64,000 nt of DNA from Minisyncoccota bacterium (GCA_041651395.1 JBAZJI010000002.1:13010-77009), one strand, 5' to 3'; positions 25,434 to 34,368 are shown, numbered from the stretch's first letter. Made by a program: numbers and translations. The notes: generated by a model not told the origin, from the letters alone.

Positions 25434-25672
25434 GGATGTATGAATGTACCATAATGTACCCATTTTCATAAACTCTCTATAATTTAATTTAGTATATTTT
25501 TTTATATATTTCATGGAAAAGGTACATTTCATACATTGGGTACATCTATATTAAGATTCTTATAATTTATATTTATTTTCTGTAAGAATATTAAGTTGTA
25601 TATTAAGATTATTAAGGCAACTGATAAGAAAATTAAGTGTACCTATTTTTGAAATGGTACACTATCATACAT
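25434..25672. repeat. iteron-like AT-rich region (GGTACAT repeats, ATATTAAGATT repeats); candidate origin
   Basis: gaatgtaccataatgtaccca, ggtacatttcatacattgggtacatc, gtgtacc...ggtacac; atattaagatt at 25548 and 25591; 25434-25545 is an inverted copy of 55068-55177. Confidence 0.5.
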
Positions 25673-25694
25673 CTTATGTGACTAGTCAACAATA

Positions 25695-25731
25695 ATTAAG
25701 CGGATTACATGGTGTAATCCGCTTAATTTTC
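25695..25731. terminator. 15-bp stem hairpin terminator
   Basis: attaagcggattaca-tgg-tgtaatccgcttaat, downstream of minus gene 25753-26055. Confidence 0.6.
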
Positions 25732-25752
25732 TTGAGTATGGTATTTCAAAGA

Positions 25753-26055
25753 TTAAAGTATATCATACCAATATTGTAGTTTTTCTTTCGACCGTTGGGA
25801 TTTTTTAAGGTCAAGAGTTACATTGTTCTCCCAATCGTTTATTAACAGTTGCCTTACTTGTTGTTTGTATACATCTTCTGTTTTTGGCTGTTTTTCAAAT
25901 CGTTTTGTGAATCTGTCTTTTTTGTCGTATGGGGTTGTTTCTAAAATGTAGTTGCGATATTCTAGCCAAGAGTTAAACGATTCTGGAAGATCGTTGTTGT
26001 TGTAAATGTAACTATCTTTTGCGTACAGGGCAGCGGAATTAGCGTCTTTGAACAT
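25753..26055 (-). CDS. hypothetical protein
   Basis: 100-aa isolated minus-strand ORF. Confidence 0.5.
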   Translation of the reverse strand: MFKDANSAALYAKDSYIYNNNDLPESFNSWLEYRNYILETTPYDKKDRFTKRFEKQPKTEDVYKQQVRQLLINDWENNVTLDLKKSQRSKEKLQYWYDIL

Positions 26056-26188
26056 ACTACAACTCTCAGTAATGGAGTTGTTGGAAAAGGTTGGACATAC
26101 GAAGAATCGTTGATTGATGCAGTTGAAGGTTGCGAATATTGCGATTGGTTAATCGCCAGCGATTTAATTAAATAACATTCTTACATAT

Positions 26189-26219
26189 AAAAGACCGGTG
26201 AAAATCCGGTCTTTTTTTT
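26189..26219 (+). terminator. terminator agaccgg...ccggtct + T8
   Basis: Same stem sequence reused at 33631-33666. Confidence 0.6.
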
Positions 26220-26225
26220 GTGTCT

Positions 26226-26253
26226 TTGACTGCAAGAAATATTGTGGTATAAT
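26226..26253 (+). promoter_or_regulatory. promoter TTGACT-16-TATAAT (TGTGGTATAAT)
   Basis: ttgactgcaagaaatattgtggtataat upstream of portal gene. Confidence 0.6.
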
Positions 26254-26287
26254 AAGGTAAACGCATATTTGCTTTATTAGGGGATAT

Positions 26288-28429
26288 ATGGAAAATAAAG
26301 TTGTAGAGTCGAGTGTACAAGTCAAAGATAGGAATTATTGGAATTCTACCATTTTTAGAATGGCGGCACAATACGATATAACGCCAACTTGGTGGACTCC
26401 TAGCAGGGATGCATTCTTTAGGGGATACTGGTATCAAGAGGACTTTCTGGCAAGTGCCATCTATGCCATTGCGAACCGTAACGCTGCCTTTGGTTGGCAA
26501 TTAACCGGATTAGATGATGATGTAAAAAGAGCACAGCAGCTTTTGCAGTTTGCAGAATTTGGAGAGGGTTGGCAACAACTCATAATTAAAACTTCTACCG
26601 ACCTGCTAACACAGGATAACGGGGCATTTATAGAAGTTATCCGACCGGCCAGGGTAAGAATTGACGGTAAATCTTTACCAGCAGTTAAAGAGTATTATGA
26701 AAGCGATAATGCAGAATGGTTTGCATTCGATGGCGGCAAAAGAATAGCGGCAAAGGGCTACGATGTATATGATTCTCCATTAGACTTACCCATTGGGATT
26801 GCTCATTTAGATTCTGGGCAATGTCAAAGAACTGGCGACCCTGAGACACCCGTTTTATATACCGATAGGAACGGAAAAAAACACGCCTTAAAATGGTGGC
26901 AAGTTTTAATGTTCAATGAGATGCCGTCACCGATTGAAAAAATGAATGGGGTTGGAATGTGTGCAGTATCGCGCCTGTTTAGGTCAAGCCATATCATGCA
27001 ATCCATATCTCTATACAATGATGAAAAGATAAGTGGGCGTTTTAACCGGGCTGTATTTCTGACAAATGTAGACCCGGATACAATCAATGATGCCATTGCC
27101 CTTGCAGAGAATGACGCCGATAATAAAGGACTAATCCGATACAGCCAACCGATTGTAGCAGCAACGCTTGATCCGACTTCGCAAGTATCCCTAGAAACAA
27201 TAAACCTTGCAGAAATACCCGACAACTTTAATTTCAATGATGTACAGAACTGGTATATTGCAAATCTAGCCCTAGCTTTGGGTGTTGATTATGGTTTCCT
27301 TGCGCCGTTACCGGGTAAGGGTTTGGGAAGTGCTTCACAGTCTGAAACGATGGAAAGACAATCTAGGGGAAAGTCAAGCCGTCTGTTTATGGACATGATT
27401 TCTAATGCAGTAAACTTCAAGGGGATTTTACCAGAATCGGTACAGTTTGAATTTATCGAAAAGGATTCTGAAGAAGATGCTAGAATCGAAAAAGTAAGAA
27501 TGGATAGGGCAAAGCGGTATCAGGTTTATGGGGAAATGGGATGGATAACACCAACCGTAGCACAACAAATGCTTGCCGATGAAGGGGACATACCAGAGGT
27601 TTATGTGGAACAGATGGGGCAAGAGGACACAACCCCCGTAACCACTACTGAAGGGGACGAAAACGTAGAGGCAACAGAAGAACAAGCTGAAGGAATAGAA
27701 GAAAGTGAGCAAGTCAAAGAAAGACAAAAACAACTATTCAAAAGACCGTCGTTGGTTAAACGTATTAAAAATGTTACGGCAAAAATTTTCAAGAAAAAAC
27801 AAGTCGAAGCCCCGGAAGTAGATAACCAATCATTGCAAGAAGCTTTGGATAATTATTCTGAGGAACTAGAAACCCTTACCCTAAGAGCCAATAATGGCGA
27901 GTTGACACAAGCCGAATTTGAGAATCAGCTATCAAATATGGTTACACTTTCTCTAATGGCTATCTATTCTCAAATGGTGGGGAAAGACCCCGAGGACTTT
28001 ACAGAAGAAGAACAAGACCGATTGGATGAATACGTTAATGTAAACCTTGAAAGTGTAGGGCAATTAGCAGATGATATTTACTCGGATAAGTACCAGGATA
28101 CAGAAGATCGGGATGGAACGGCGATGTTGTTGGTAAGGATGGGTTTATGGGTAATGAATGCTTATGCTCTAGCTACATTGGGGATGTTGAATAACCCATC
28201 AAATCAAGAAAATAAATTACGATGGAACTTAGGAACGGCGGAGCATTGTTCTACTTGTTTGGCTTTAGATGGTCAAATTCATACAGTTAGCGAGTGGAAT
28301 GATAGCGGATTCTATCCAGGAAATACCAGTTTACTGCTATGCAATGGCTTTAACTGCGCATGCAGATTTTCGGACGTAAGTCCGAGTACGCCAAGTCAAG
28401 GAAGTTTTAATTCAGTTCCAACTAAATAA
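26288..28429 (+). CDS. portal protein with C-terminal Mu F / SPP1 gp7-like head morphogenesis domain
   Basis: 713 aa; size and position in head module; acidic linker; C-terminal Cys cluster LLCNGFNCACRF resembles the MuF-family C-terminal motif. Confidence 0.55.
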   Translation: MENKVVESSVQVKDRNYWNSTIFRMAAQYDITPTWWTPSRDAFFRGYWYQEDFLASAIYAIANRNAAFGWQLTGLDDDVKRAQQLLQFAEFGEGWQQLIIKTSTDLLTQDNGAFIEVIRPARVRIDGKSLPAVKEYYESDNAEWFAFDGGKRIAAKGYDVYDSPLDLPIGIAHLDSGQCQRTGDPETPVLYTDRNGKKHALKWWQVLMFNEMPSPIEKMNGVGMCAVSRLFRSSHIMQSISLYNDEKISGRFNRAVFLTNVDPDTINDAIALAENDADNKGLIRYSQPIVAATLDPTSQVSLETINLAEIPDNFNFNDVQNWYIANLALALGVDYGFLAPLPGKGLGSASQSETMERQSRGKSSRLFMDMISNAVNFKGILPESVQFEFIEKDSEEDARIEKVRMDRAKRYQVYGEMGWITPTVAQQMLADEGDIPEVYVEQMGQEDTTPVTTTEGDENVEATEEQAEGIEESEQVKERQKQLFKRPSLVKRIKNVTAKIFKKKQVEAPEVDNQSLQEALDNYSEELETLTLRANNGELTQAEFENQLSNMVTLSLMAIYSQMVGKDPEDFTEEEQDRLDEYVNVNLESVGQLADDIYSDKYQDTEDRDGTAMLLVRMGLWVMNAYALATLGMLNNPSNQENKLRWNLGTAEHCSTCLALDGQIHTVSEWNDSGFYPGNTSLLLCNGFNCACRFSDVSPSTPSQGSFNSVPTK

Positions 28430-28444
28430 TTTTTACAATCAATT

Positions 28445-28690
28445 TTATCGTTTTGTGTTTTCCCATTCGCTGTAATCTTTACAGAATGCCTTAATGGTGT
28501 CTTGCACATAATCTATAAGTTCTACAAATGATTTGCCGTAAGGTGTATTAGCAAACAGAAAACTAAAACAATCGCTATACACCCCATAGTTTTCATTGTC
28601 GGTATATTCTATCTCTACCAATACCTTACGATCATACATCAAACTAGCATGACTTCCCCATCGTTGCTTTTTTGTTTTCCATTCAAACAT
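28445..28690 (-). CDS. hypothetical protein (paralog of 28695-28934)
   Basis: 81 aa; shared C-terminal pattern FCKDYSEW vs FCIDFNIW. Confidence 0.5.
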   Translation of the reverse strand: MFEWKTKKQRWGSHASLMYDRKVLVEIEYTDNENYGVYSDCFSFLFANTPYGKSFVELIDYVQDTIKAFCKDYSEWENTKR

Positions 28691-28694
28691 AAGA

Positions 28695-28934
28695 TTACCT
28701 CATATACCAGATGTTAAAATCAATACAAAAGTTCCTAATTAAGTCTTCTACCGATTTCTTAACCGTTTCAATATCGGTTGAGCAGAGAGTGGTATCATTG
28801 AATCCGAATACATTATCAGACAACATACAGTAGATAAAAAAGAAGTCTCTCAACTGAATAATCTTAAATGCTAGTAGGTATTTACTAAAGTATAAATAAT
28901 GCTTGTTGTCCTCTTGCTCCCATCTAAAGTTCAT
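28695..28934 (-). CDS. hypothetical protein
   Basis: Start moved to ATG (MNFRWEQ): AAAGGAG lies 10 nt upstream of it. Confidence 0.5.
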   Translation of the reverse strand: MNFRWEQEDNKHYLYFSKYLLAFKIIQLRDFFFIYCMLSDNVFGFNDTTLCSTDIETVKKSVEDLIRNFCIDFNIWYMR

Positions 28935-28936
28935 CT

Positions 28937-28965
28937 TTGACAATCTCCTTTGTTTATGGTATAAT
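28937..28965 (+). promoter_or_regulatory. consensus promoter TTGACA-17-TATAAT (TG-extended) with no downstream gene
   Basis: ttgacaatctcctttgtttatggtataat; overlaps RBS of the minus-strand gene; followed within ~25 nt by a terminator hairpin. Confidence 0.5.
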
Positions 28966-28987
28966 GATGCTAATTATAATTATTGTT

Positions 28988-29037
28988 AAATAATGCATCC
29001 AAGCAATCAAAGGCTTATGGTGCATTATTTTTTGTTT
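28988..29037. terminator. hairpin terminator aaataatgca...tgcattattt + T-run
   Basis: 10-bp stem; T-run ttttttgttt on plus strand; also downstream of minus gene 29039-29497. Confidence 0.6.
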
Positions 29038-29038
29038 G

Positions 29039-29497
29039 CTAATCCCACCAGTTTTGCAGTTTCTCTTTCAGTGTATTGAATACGAATTCAAAGTCTTGTT
29101 GTTTAAGATCATCTGAGCGACGGTTTAACGATTGCCAGATTTTTAACGCTCTATCATTATCGGTTGAGTCTGGGAAGTGTAATCGAAACGGGTTAGTTGT
29201 ACCACAGATATAACCGTGTTTTTCATACAGTAGATCATACCACTGTTTATTGTAATCATCATTCAGGTATCGCTTTAGCGCATCTAATGCGTCGCCGATT
29301 TCTATGGATAGGTCTTTTGCATCTATACATACGGTTAGTTTATCGTTTGCAAAAAACTCTTGCATATTGTGTAACTTAAACGATAAAATATCGAGTAGAT
29401 ACCCATAATCAAAATCGGCATCATTCCATAAGATCGGTAGCCAGCGTATAATGTTTTTAAGGCGTCGTATTAGTGTTTTCATCGGTCGGTTCCTCAA
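29039..29497 (-). CDS. hypothetical protein
   Basis: 152-aa ORF. Confidence 0.55.
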   Translation of the reverse strand: MRNRPMKTLIRRLKNIIRWLPILWNDADFDYGYLLDILSFKLHNMQEFFANDKLTVCIDAKDLSIEIGDALDALKRYLNDDYNKQWYDLLYEKHGYICGTTNPFRLHFPDSTDNDRALKIWQSLNRRSDDLKQQDFEFVFNTLKEKLQNWWD

Positions 29498-29702
29498 TGA
29501 TCATAAAGTGAGTAACCACATAATAATTACAGTCAGAAGTTTTTTCAATATTCTGTGGCAAAAAATAAAATCCGTCATATTCACAAATATCGAAATCTGT
29601 AATAACATCTGCGTGCGGCCCAACATAAAATTCAATAAAGCATAAAACCAATTCGTTTTTGTTTAATACCTTCTCTGCATTCTCTTCCGATTCCCATTTC
29701 AT
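29457..29702 (-). CDS. hypothetical protein
   Basis: 81-aa ORF with SD aaaggaga. Confidence 0.5.
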   Translation of the reverse strand: MKWESEENAEKVLNKNELVLCFIEFYVGPHADVITDFDICEYDGFYFLPQNIEKTSDCNYYVVTHFMIIEEPTDENTNTTP

Positions 29703-29799
29703 TGTAATATCTCCTTTTCAGATATAAAAATGCCCCATAGACCGTTTGAGGCTTGGAAGCATTTCTATATTTATAATAATGGTGGTTAGTATTATACCA

Positions 29800-30126
29800 C
29801 TAGAATGGCAATTCGTCAAATTGTTGTTTAAGTTCAAGTTGACGTTCTTTTAACAGTTCCTTCCAGACTCTACCAAAAGCTATTTTACGCCCAAGTCGGT
29901 AGTTGAAATTGTCAATTGTATTACAATGGGCAACTCCTACGAATTCTCTACCGTCTTCTAATACCAAACGGCAGATGGTCATACCACCCCTACCTGACGG
30001 TACGAATGTTTTGAAATTGCGCTTGTAGCGGTAAAGCCGATCTGATGTATACAAATTGTCGGTATTGCGTTTGTTGTTTTGTTCAGGATAACGCCAATGC
30101 TCGTAAATTACTCTAATGACCTTCAT
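29800..30126 (-). CDS. hypothetical protein
   Basis: Start moved to MKVIRVIY (AAAGGAG SD); 108 aa. Confidence 0.55.
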   Translation of the reverse strand: MKVIRVIYEHWRYPEQNNKRNTDNLYTSDRLYRYKRNFKTFVPSGRGGMTICRLVLEDGREFVGVAHCNTIDNFNYRLGRKIAFGRVWKELLKERQLELKQQFDELPF

Positions 30127-30158
30127 TTCAAATTCTCCTTTTGTAATCAGATAAAAGC

Positions 30159-30186
30159 ATTGTAGCACTATTGTAAAATCTGTCAA
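30159..30186 (-). promoter_or_regulatory. promoter TTGACA-16-TACAAT
   Basis: Reverse complement of tgtcaa 30181-30186 and attgta 30159-30164. Confidence 0.5.
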
Positions 30187-30195
30187 TACCCAATT

Positions 30196-30223
30196 TTGAT
30201 TTAATGTTGTTTTGTGGTATAAT
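30196..30223 (+). promoter_or_regulatory. promoter TTGATT-16-TATAAT (TGTGGTATAAT) for nrdD
   Basis: ttgatttaatgttgttttgtggtataat. Confidence 0.55.
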
Positions 30224-30253
30224 GTTTTTTACTCATTAAATTTTGGAGGTTAT

Positions 30254-32989
30254 ATGTCTAATCTTGTAGAAAGTTATTTGAATGAATTGGATTGGAGAGT
30301 TAGAGAAAACAGTAATGCAAGCTTTTCGTATCAGGGGTTAAATCAACACGTTGCAACCAGCGTTGTGTCTAAGTATTGGCTGGATAATGTGTATAGTAAA
30401 GATGTGGCTAATGCTCATATAAATGGAGATATGCACATACACGATTTGGGAATGTTGACGGCTTATTGTTGCGGATGGGATTTATACGATTTGTTGTCTA
30501 GGGGTTTTGGTGGGGTTTATGGTAAAGTGCAAGCAAGTCCACCAAAGCACTTTAGCAGCGCATTAGGACAGTTGGTAAACTTTATGTATACGATGGCAGG
30601 GGAATTAGCCGGTGCCGTCGCCGTCTCTAACTTTGATACGTTGCTTGCTCCATTCGTTAGATACGATGGATTAGACTATAAACAAGTTAAACAGTTTATA
30701 CAAGAGTTTGTGTATAATATGAACGCTCCTACCCGGCTCGGGTTCCAAAGCGTTTTTTCAAATCTCACTATGGACTTGACGCCTTCTCCTAATTATGTTA
30801 ATGAGTGTATAGTTATTGGGGGAGAGTTACAAAATCAAACCTATGGTGAATTTCAGTTTGAAATGGATTTAATCAATAAAGCGTTTTGTGAAGTGATGTT
30901 AGAGGGAGATGCTAAGGGCAGAGTTTTTACATTCCCAATTCCAACCTATAATTTACACAAGGAATTCGATTGGGAAAATCAAGAGCTATTGTGGAAAATG
31001 ACCGGTAAGTATGGCGTGCCATATTTTGCAAATTTTATCAATAGCGATTTGAAACCAGAAGATACTAGAAGTATGTGTTGTTTTACCGGAAACACAAAAA
31101 TCATATATAGTTACAATGACACAAAATCAATTTCGACATTTCAAAAGTTAAGCACAAAAAACTATGATTTTGTGTATGTTCCGATTTATGGAAAATGGGA
31201 AAAGGCTAAAGTGATAAAGATTCCGTATAACGGAATGTTCTACAGAATTAGATTACGAAATGGAGTTGAGATAACAACTACAGACAATCATATAAACGTT
31301 ACGAATAACGGAAACAAGGAATCAAAAGAGCTTTGCACAGACGATTATATTGAATTTAGTAATGGCAATATAGATTTTATCGGATATGGTTCTTATGATT
31401 TGGGTTTGTTTGTTGGATTATATTTAGCAGAAGGCTCGCACTTGGGAGATGATGCTATTCAACTTACAATCGGAGAAACAGAATTAGATATAGTAGAATT
31501 TGTTTCTAATTTCGTTGGAAACAATTTTGCTACACATTGCTCTGTGTGTCCGGGAACGGGAAAATCATTAACAATAGCTATCAGTGATGTAGTTGTTAGA
31601 AAATTTATTGACAGCCTAGTTAGCGGGACGGCATTAACTAAAAAATTAGTTTTTTGGGACAAACTATCAAGGGATATGTTGCGCGGAATATTTGACGGAT
31701 GGTTTTGGGGAGATGGAAAGAAAAACGGAAGTGAAGCATATACTTGTTCAAAAGAGCTTGCAGAACAAATGTTGTTTATTGGAAGAATAATTGGTAAACT
31801 GTTAAACATCAGAGAAACAAATAGGGTTACTTCATTTGGAGAAAAATCATACAACAGTACATTATATTCATTACACGTTTGTGTTAATAGCGATAATGGC
31901 GGAAGAATATACATATCGAAAAACAATAAGCTGTATGTAAAAATAGAATCAATAGACATTGTTCCTAACGCGAATAAAGTTGCTTTCTGTTTTGAAATGA
32001 TGGGTGCAGAGCCGTATTTTGAACTTCCATCTGGACTTGTTACTCATAATTGCCGTCTTAGGCTTGACAGAAAACAGTTGACAAGAAGATCGGGCGGTTT
32101 GTTTGCCGCTTCTGCTTTGACCGGTTCTGTGGGCGTGGTTACTATAAACATTCCTAGAATAGCTTGTAAAGCGCAGTCAATAGAGGAATTTTATACTATG
32201 CTTTCAGAAGTTATGGAACTGGCAAAAGAATCATTAGAAGTTAAACGGGTATTGATTGAAGACTTAACCGGGAAAGGATTGTACCCTTATTCTACCCATT
32301 ATTTAGATGGGGTTTACGCCGCTCATAAAAAGTATTGGTACAATCATTTTAGTACTATCGGTTTAGTGGGGATGAATGAGGCTTGCTTGAATTTGCTTGG
32401 AGTTAGCATAGAATCTAATGTGGGTAAGGAGTTCTCAGAAGAAGTATTACGGTTTATGTTGGATAGGATAACCGAATACCAAAACGAGACTGGGAATTTA
32501 TATAACCTCGAAGCGTCTCCTTGTGAATCGGCTACATTCAGAATGGCTAAATGTGATAAAAAATTATATCCTGATATTATCACGGCGGGTACTAGTCAAA
32601 CTCCATTCTATACTAACAGTACTCAATTGCCAGTTGATACCGGCTTTGATATTATTGACGTTTTAGATCATCAGAATTCATTGCAAAGGATGTATACCGG
32701 GGGAACGGTTGTTCACCTGCTTTTAGGTGAATCGGTAAACAGTTGGGAAACCGTAAGAAATTTTGTTAAAATGGTGGCAACACAGTATGAATTGCCATAT
32801 TTTACCATAACACCTACTTTCAGCGTGTGCAAAAATCATGGGTATATAAATGGAGAGGTTTACGAGTGTCTACAGTGCAATGAAAAGACAGAAGTTTATA
32901 GTAGAGTAGTTGGCTATCTCAGACCGATAAGTAATTGGAACGATGCTAAACAGTTAGAATTTAAGGAGCGCAGTACCTACAAACTTTAG
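30254..32989 (+). CDS. nrdD: anaerobic (class III) ribonucleoside-triphosphate reductase NrdD, interrupted by an intein
   Basis: Start at MSNLVESYL after GGAGG; C-terminal zinc ribbon CKNHG...CLQCNEKTEV and glycyl-radical motif SRVVGYLRP. Confidence 0.9.
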   Translation: MSNLVESYLNELDWRVRENSNASFSYQGLNQHVATSVVSKYWLDNVYSKDVANAHINGDMHIHDLGMLTAYCCGWDLYDLLSRGFGGVYGKVQASPPKHFSSALGQLVNFMYTMAGELAGAVAVSNFDTLLAPFVRYDGLDYKQVKQFIQEFVYNMNAPTRLGFQSVFSNLTMDLTPSPNYVNECIVIGGELQNQTYGEFQFEMDLINKAFCEVMLEGDAKGRVFTFPIPTYNLHKEFDWENQELLWKMTGKYGVPYFANFINSDLKPEDTRSMCCFTGNTKIIYSYNDTKSISTFQKLSTKNYDFVYVPIYGKWEKAKVIKIPYNGMFYRIRLRNGVEITTTDNHINVTNNGNKESKELCTDDYIEFSNGNIDFIGYGSYDLGLFVGLYLAEGSHLGDDAIQLTIGETELDIVEFVSNFVGNNFATHCSVCPGTGKSLTIAISDVVVRKFIDSLVSGTALTKKLVFWDKLSRDMLRGIFDGWFWGDGKKNGSEAYTCSKELAEQMLFIGRIIGKLLNIRETNRVTSFGEKSYNSTLYSLHVCVNSDNGGRIYISKNNKLYVKIESIDIVPNANKVAFCFEMMGAEPYFELPSGLVTHNCRLRLDRKQLTRRSGGLFAASALTGSVGVVTINIPRIACKAQSIEEFYTMLSEVMELAKESLEVKRVLIEDLTGKGLYPYSTHYLDGVYAAHKKYWYNHFSTIGLVGMNEACLNLLGVSIESNVGKEFSEEVLRFMLDRITEYQNETGNLYNLEASPCESATFRMAKCDKKLYPDIITAGTSQTPFYTNSTQLPVDTGFDIIDVLDHQNSLQRMYTGGTVVHLLLGESVNSWETVRNFVKMVATQYELPYFTITPTFSVCKNHGYINGEVYECLQCNEKTEVYSRVVGYLRPISNWNDAKQLEFKERSTYKL
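31079..32050 (+). mobile_element. 324-aa intein with LAGLIDADG homing endonuclease domain inside NrdD
   Basis: Begins CFTGNTKI (Cys1), ends VTHN followed by Cys+1 (CRLRLD); LAGLIDADG motifs GLFVGLYLAEGSH and LRGIFDGWFWGDGKK; 972 nt, in frame. Confidence 0.85.
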
Positions 32990-33051
32990 GGTATTGACAC
33001 AAATCGCAGTTGTGATAAAATACGTTTAGTTGATAGATAAAGGAGAATCCA

Positions 33052-33396
33052 GTGGGTATAAAAGAATTTTTTAGCGAGTTGTTTTCTACGACAAAAGAAG
33101 AAATCATTACAGACCTTCAGGTTGAGCTTTATAAAAGAGCAGGACAGGTAATCAAGCTGTCAGAACAGGTAGAAGCGCAAAAAAATATTATCAAATCTCT
33201 TGAAAACAAACACGGTTATTATGTTGGATTTAATGACAACAATCTTGAGTCTAGTCATATTTATGCAAACAGAGTTGGATTTTATGATGATAAATATGTG
33301 TTTTATCTAGGCGAAAGAGTTGTAGCTATATTAAGTTCTGAGATTTATAAAGAGGTTATTTTTGTTGAAGATGAAAAGGAGAATGTAAATGAGTGA
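33052..33396 (+). CDS. hypothetical protein
   Basis: 114 aa, GTG start after AAAGGAG. Confidence 0.5.
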   Translation: MGIKEFFSELFSTTKEEIITDLQVELYKRAGQVIKLSEQVEAQKNIIKSLENKHGYYVGFNDNNLESSHIYANRVGFYDDKYVFYLGERVVAILSSEIYKEVIFVEDEKENVNE

Positions 33397-33610
33397 CGGT
33401 GAGGGCGTTTTATATGGATGTTTACTTATTGTTGTTTTAATGCTTGTTATCGCTGTTTTATCGGCGATTCCTGTTTTGATTCTTTGGAACTGGTTAATGC
33501 CTGACTTGTTTGGACTTCAAACAATTAACCTTTGGCAAGCCATTGGGATTAGCGTTCTTTGTTCACTTCTGTTTAAGTCTAGCGTTCCAAGCAATTCAAG
33601 TAATAAGTAA
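33389..33610 (+). CDS. hypothetical membrane protein
   Basis: 73 aa, two hydrophobic helices. Confidence 0.55.
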   Translation: MSDGEGVLYGCLLIVVLMLVIAVLSAIPVLILWNWLMPDLFGLQTINLWQAIGISVLCSLLFKSSVPSNSSNK

Positions 33611-33630
33611 ACTGTAATCAGATCATATTC

Positions 33631-33666
33631 AAAAAGACCGGTGCTAAAATCCGGTCTACATTTTTA
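33631..33666 (+). terminator. terminator agaccgg...ccggtct
   Basis: Same stem as 26192-26212, followed by acattttt. Confidence 0.55.
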
Positions 33667-33683
33667 TCTAAGGAGCGTTATAA

Positions 33684-33860
33684 ATGAATTTGAAGTTTGT
33701 TATAGAAAATTGGTTTGAATGGGAGACGTGTAAAGTGAAAGAATTATGGGGATACTTTTTGAATATTCCGAGTGCGATTAGACACCATAGCCTTATGTGG
33801 CACATCAGTGAAATGTGGAGGATACTAAAATGGCAATTGCGCTTTCACAAAAAAGAATGA
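33684..33860 (+). CDS. hypothetical small protein (58 aa, below ORF-track cutoff)
   Basis: Hand translation MNLKFVIENWFEWETCKVKELWGYFLNIPSAIRHHSLMWHISEMWRILKWQLRFHKKE*; AAGGAG SD; ATGA coupling to next gene. Confidence 0.4.
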   Translation: MNLKFVIENWFEWETCKVKELWGYFLNIPSAIRHHSLMWHISEMWRILKWQLRFHKKE

Positions 33861-34285
33861 ATCCGATGGTTTATCTGGGAATGGCGATTATCATTGCTAT
33901 GATCGCCGTTACCTTCGCTTATGTCTTAAATCAAGAACACGCTAACACCAAACATAACGAAGCGGTAATGATTAGGACAAACATTAAGAATAAAGTCTGT
34001 CTTGTTGAGAGACTCTATTACAGCCCGGTTAGAGGGACGGTTTTAGTTCTGTGTCAAATTGATAGTGTCAATTGGGGAGGGTTGCCCATTCGCTTTACTG
34101 AGGATTACGGTAAAAAGTTCTTAGGTAAAGATACATACGAATGTACTGCTTTTATCGGCAGTTGGAAATATTGGGATAATGTTATCAGGCGTGATACATA
34201 CCTGAGTCCAGATGATTTTATCCGGTTCGCCGATGGTAAAGTGTTCTCTGAATTTATAAGGTGGTTTGAAGCTAACTACCGATAG
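33857..34285 (+). CDS. hypothetical N-terminally anchored protein
   Basis: Start moved to MNPMVYLG (ATGA overlap); one TM helix. Confidence 0.5.
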   Translation: MNPMVYLGMAIIIAMIAVTFAYVLNQEHANTKHNEAVMIRTNIKNKVCLVERLYYSPVRGTVLVLCQIDSVNWGGLPIRFTEDYGKKFLGKDTYECTAFIGSWKYWDNVIRRDTYLSPDDFIRFADGKVFSEFIRWFEANYR

Positions 34286-34302
34286 ATAGATACAAAAACG
34301 AT

Positions 34303-34332
34303 ACAACGGATGGTTAAATACCATCCGTTTTT
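34303..34332 (+). terminator. rho-independent terminator
   Basis: Stem aacggatgg/ccatccgtt plus TTTTTT. Confidence 0.65.
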
Positions 34333-34368
34333 TGTTGCCTTAATTTGCAAGATAAATTTTATATAAAT

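Noticed and set aside
26056-26170. Start-less plus-strand reading frame SNGVVGKGWTYEESLIDAVEGCEYCDWLIASDLIK*
   Set aside because: It reads like protein, but no ATG, GTG or TTG start or SD is available. It may be a gene remnant and is too weak to annotate.
26168-26500. 110-aa minus-strand ORF overlapping the portal start
   Set aside because: It runs antisense across a terminator, a strong promoter and the portal 5' end, so it is an ORF-track artefact.
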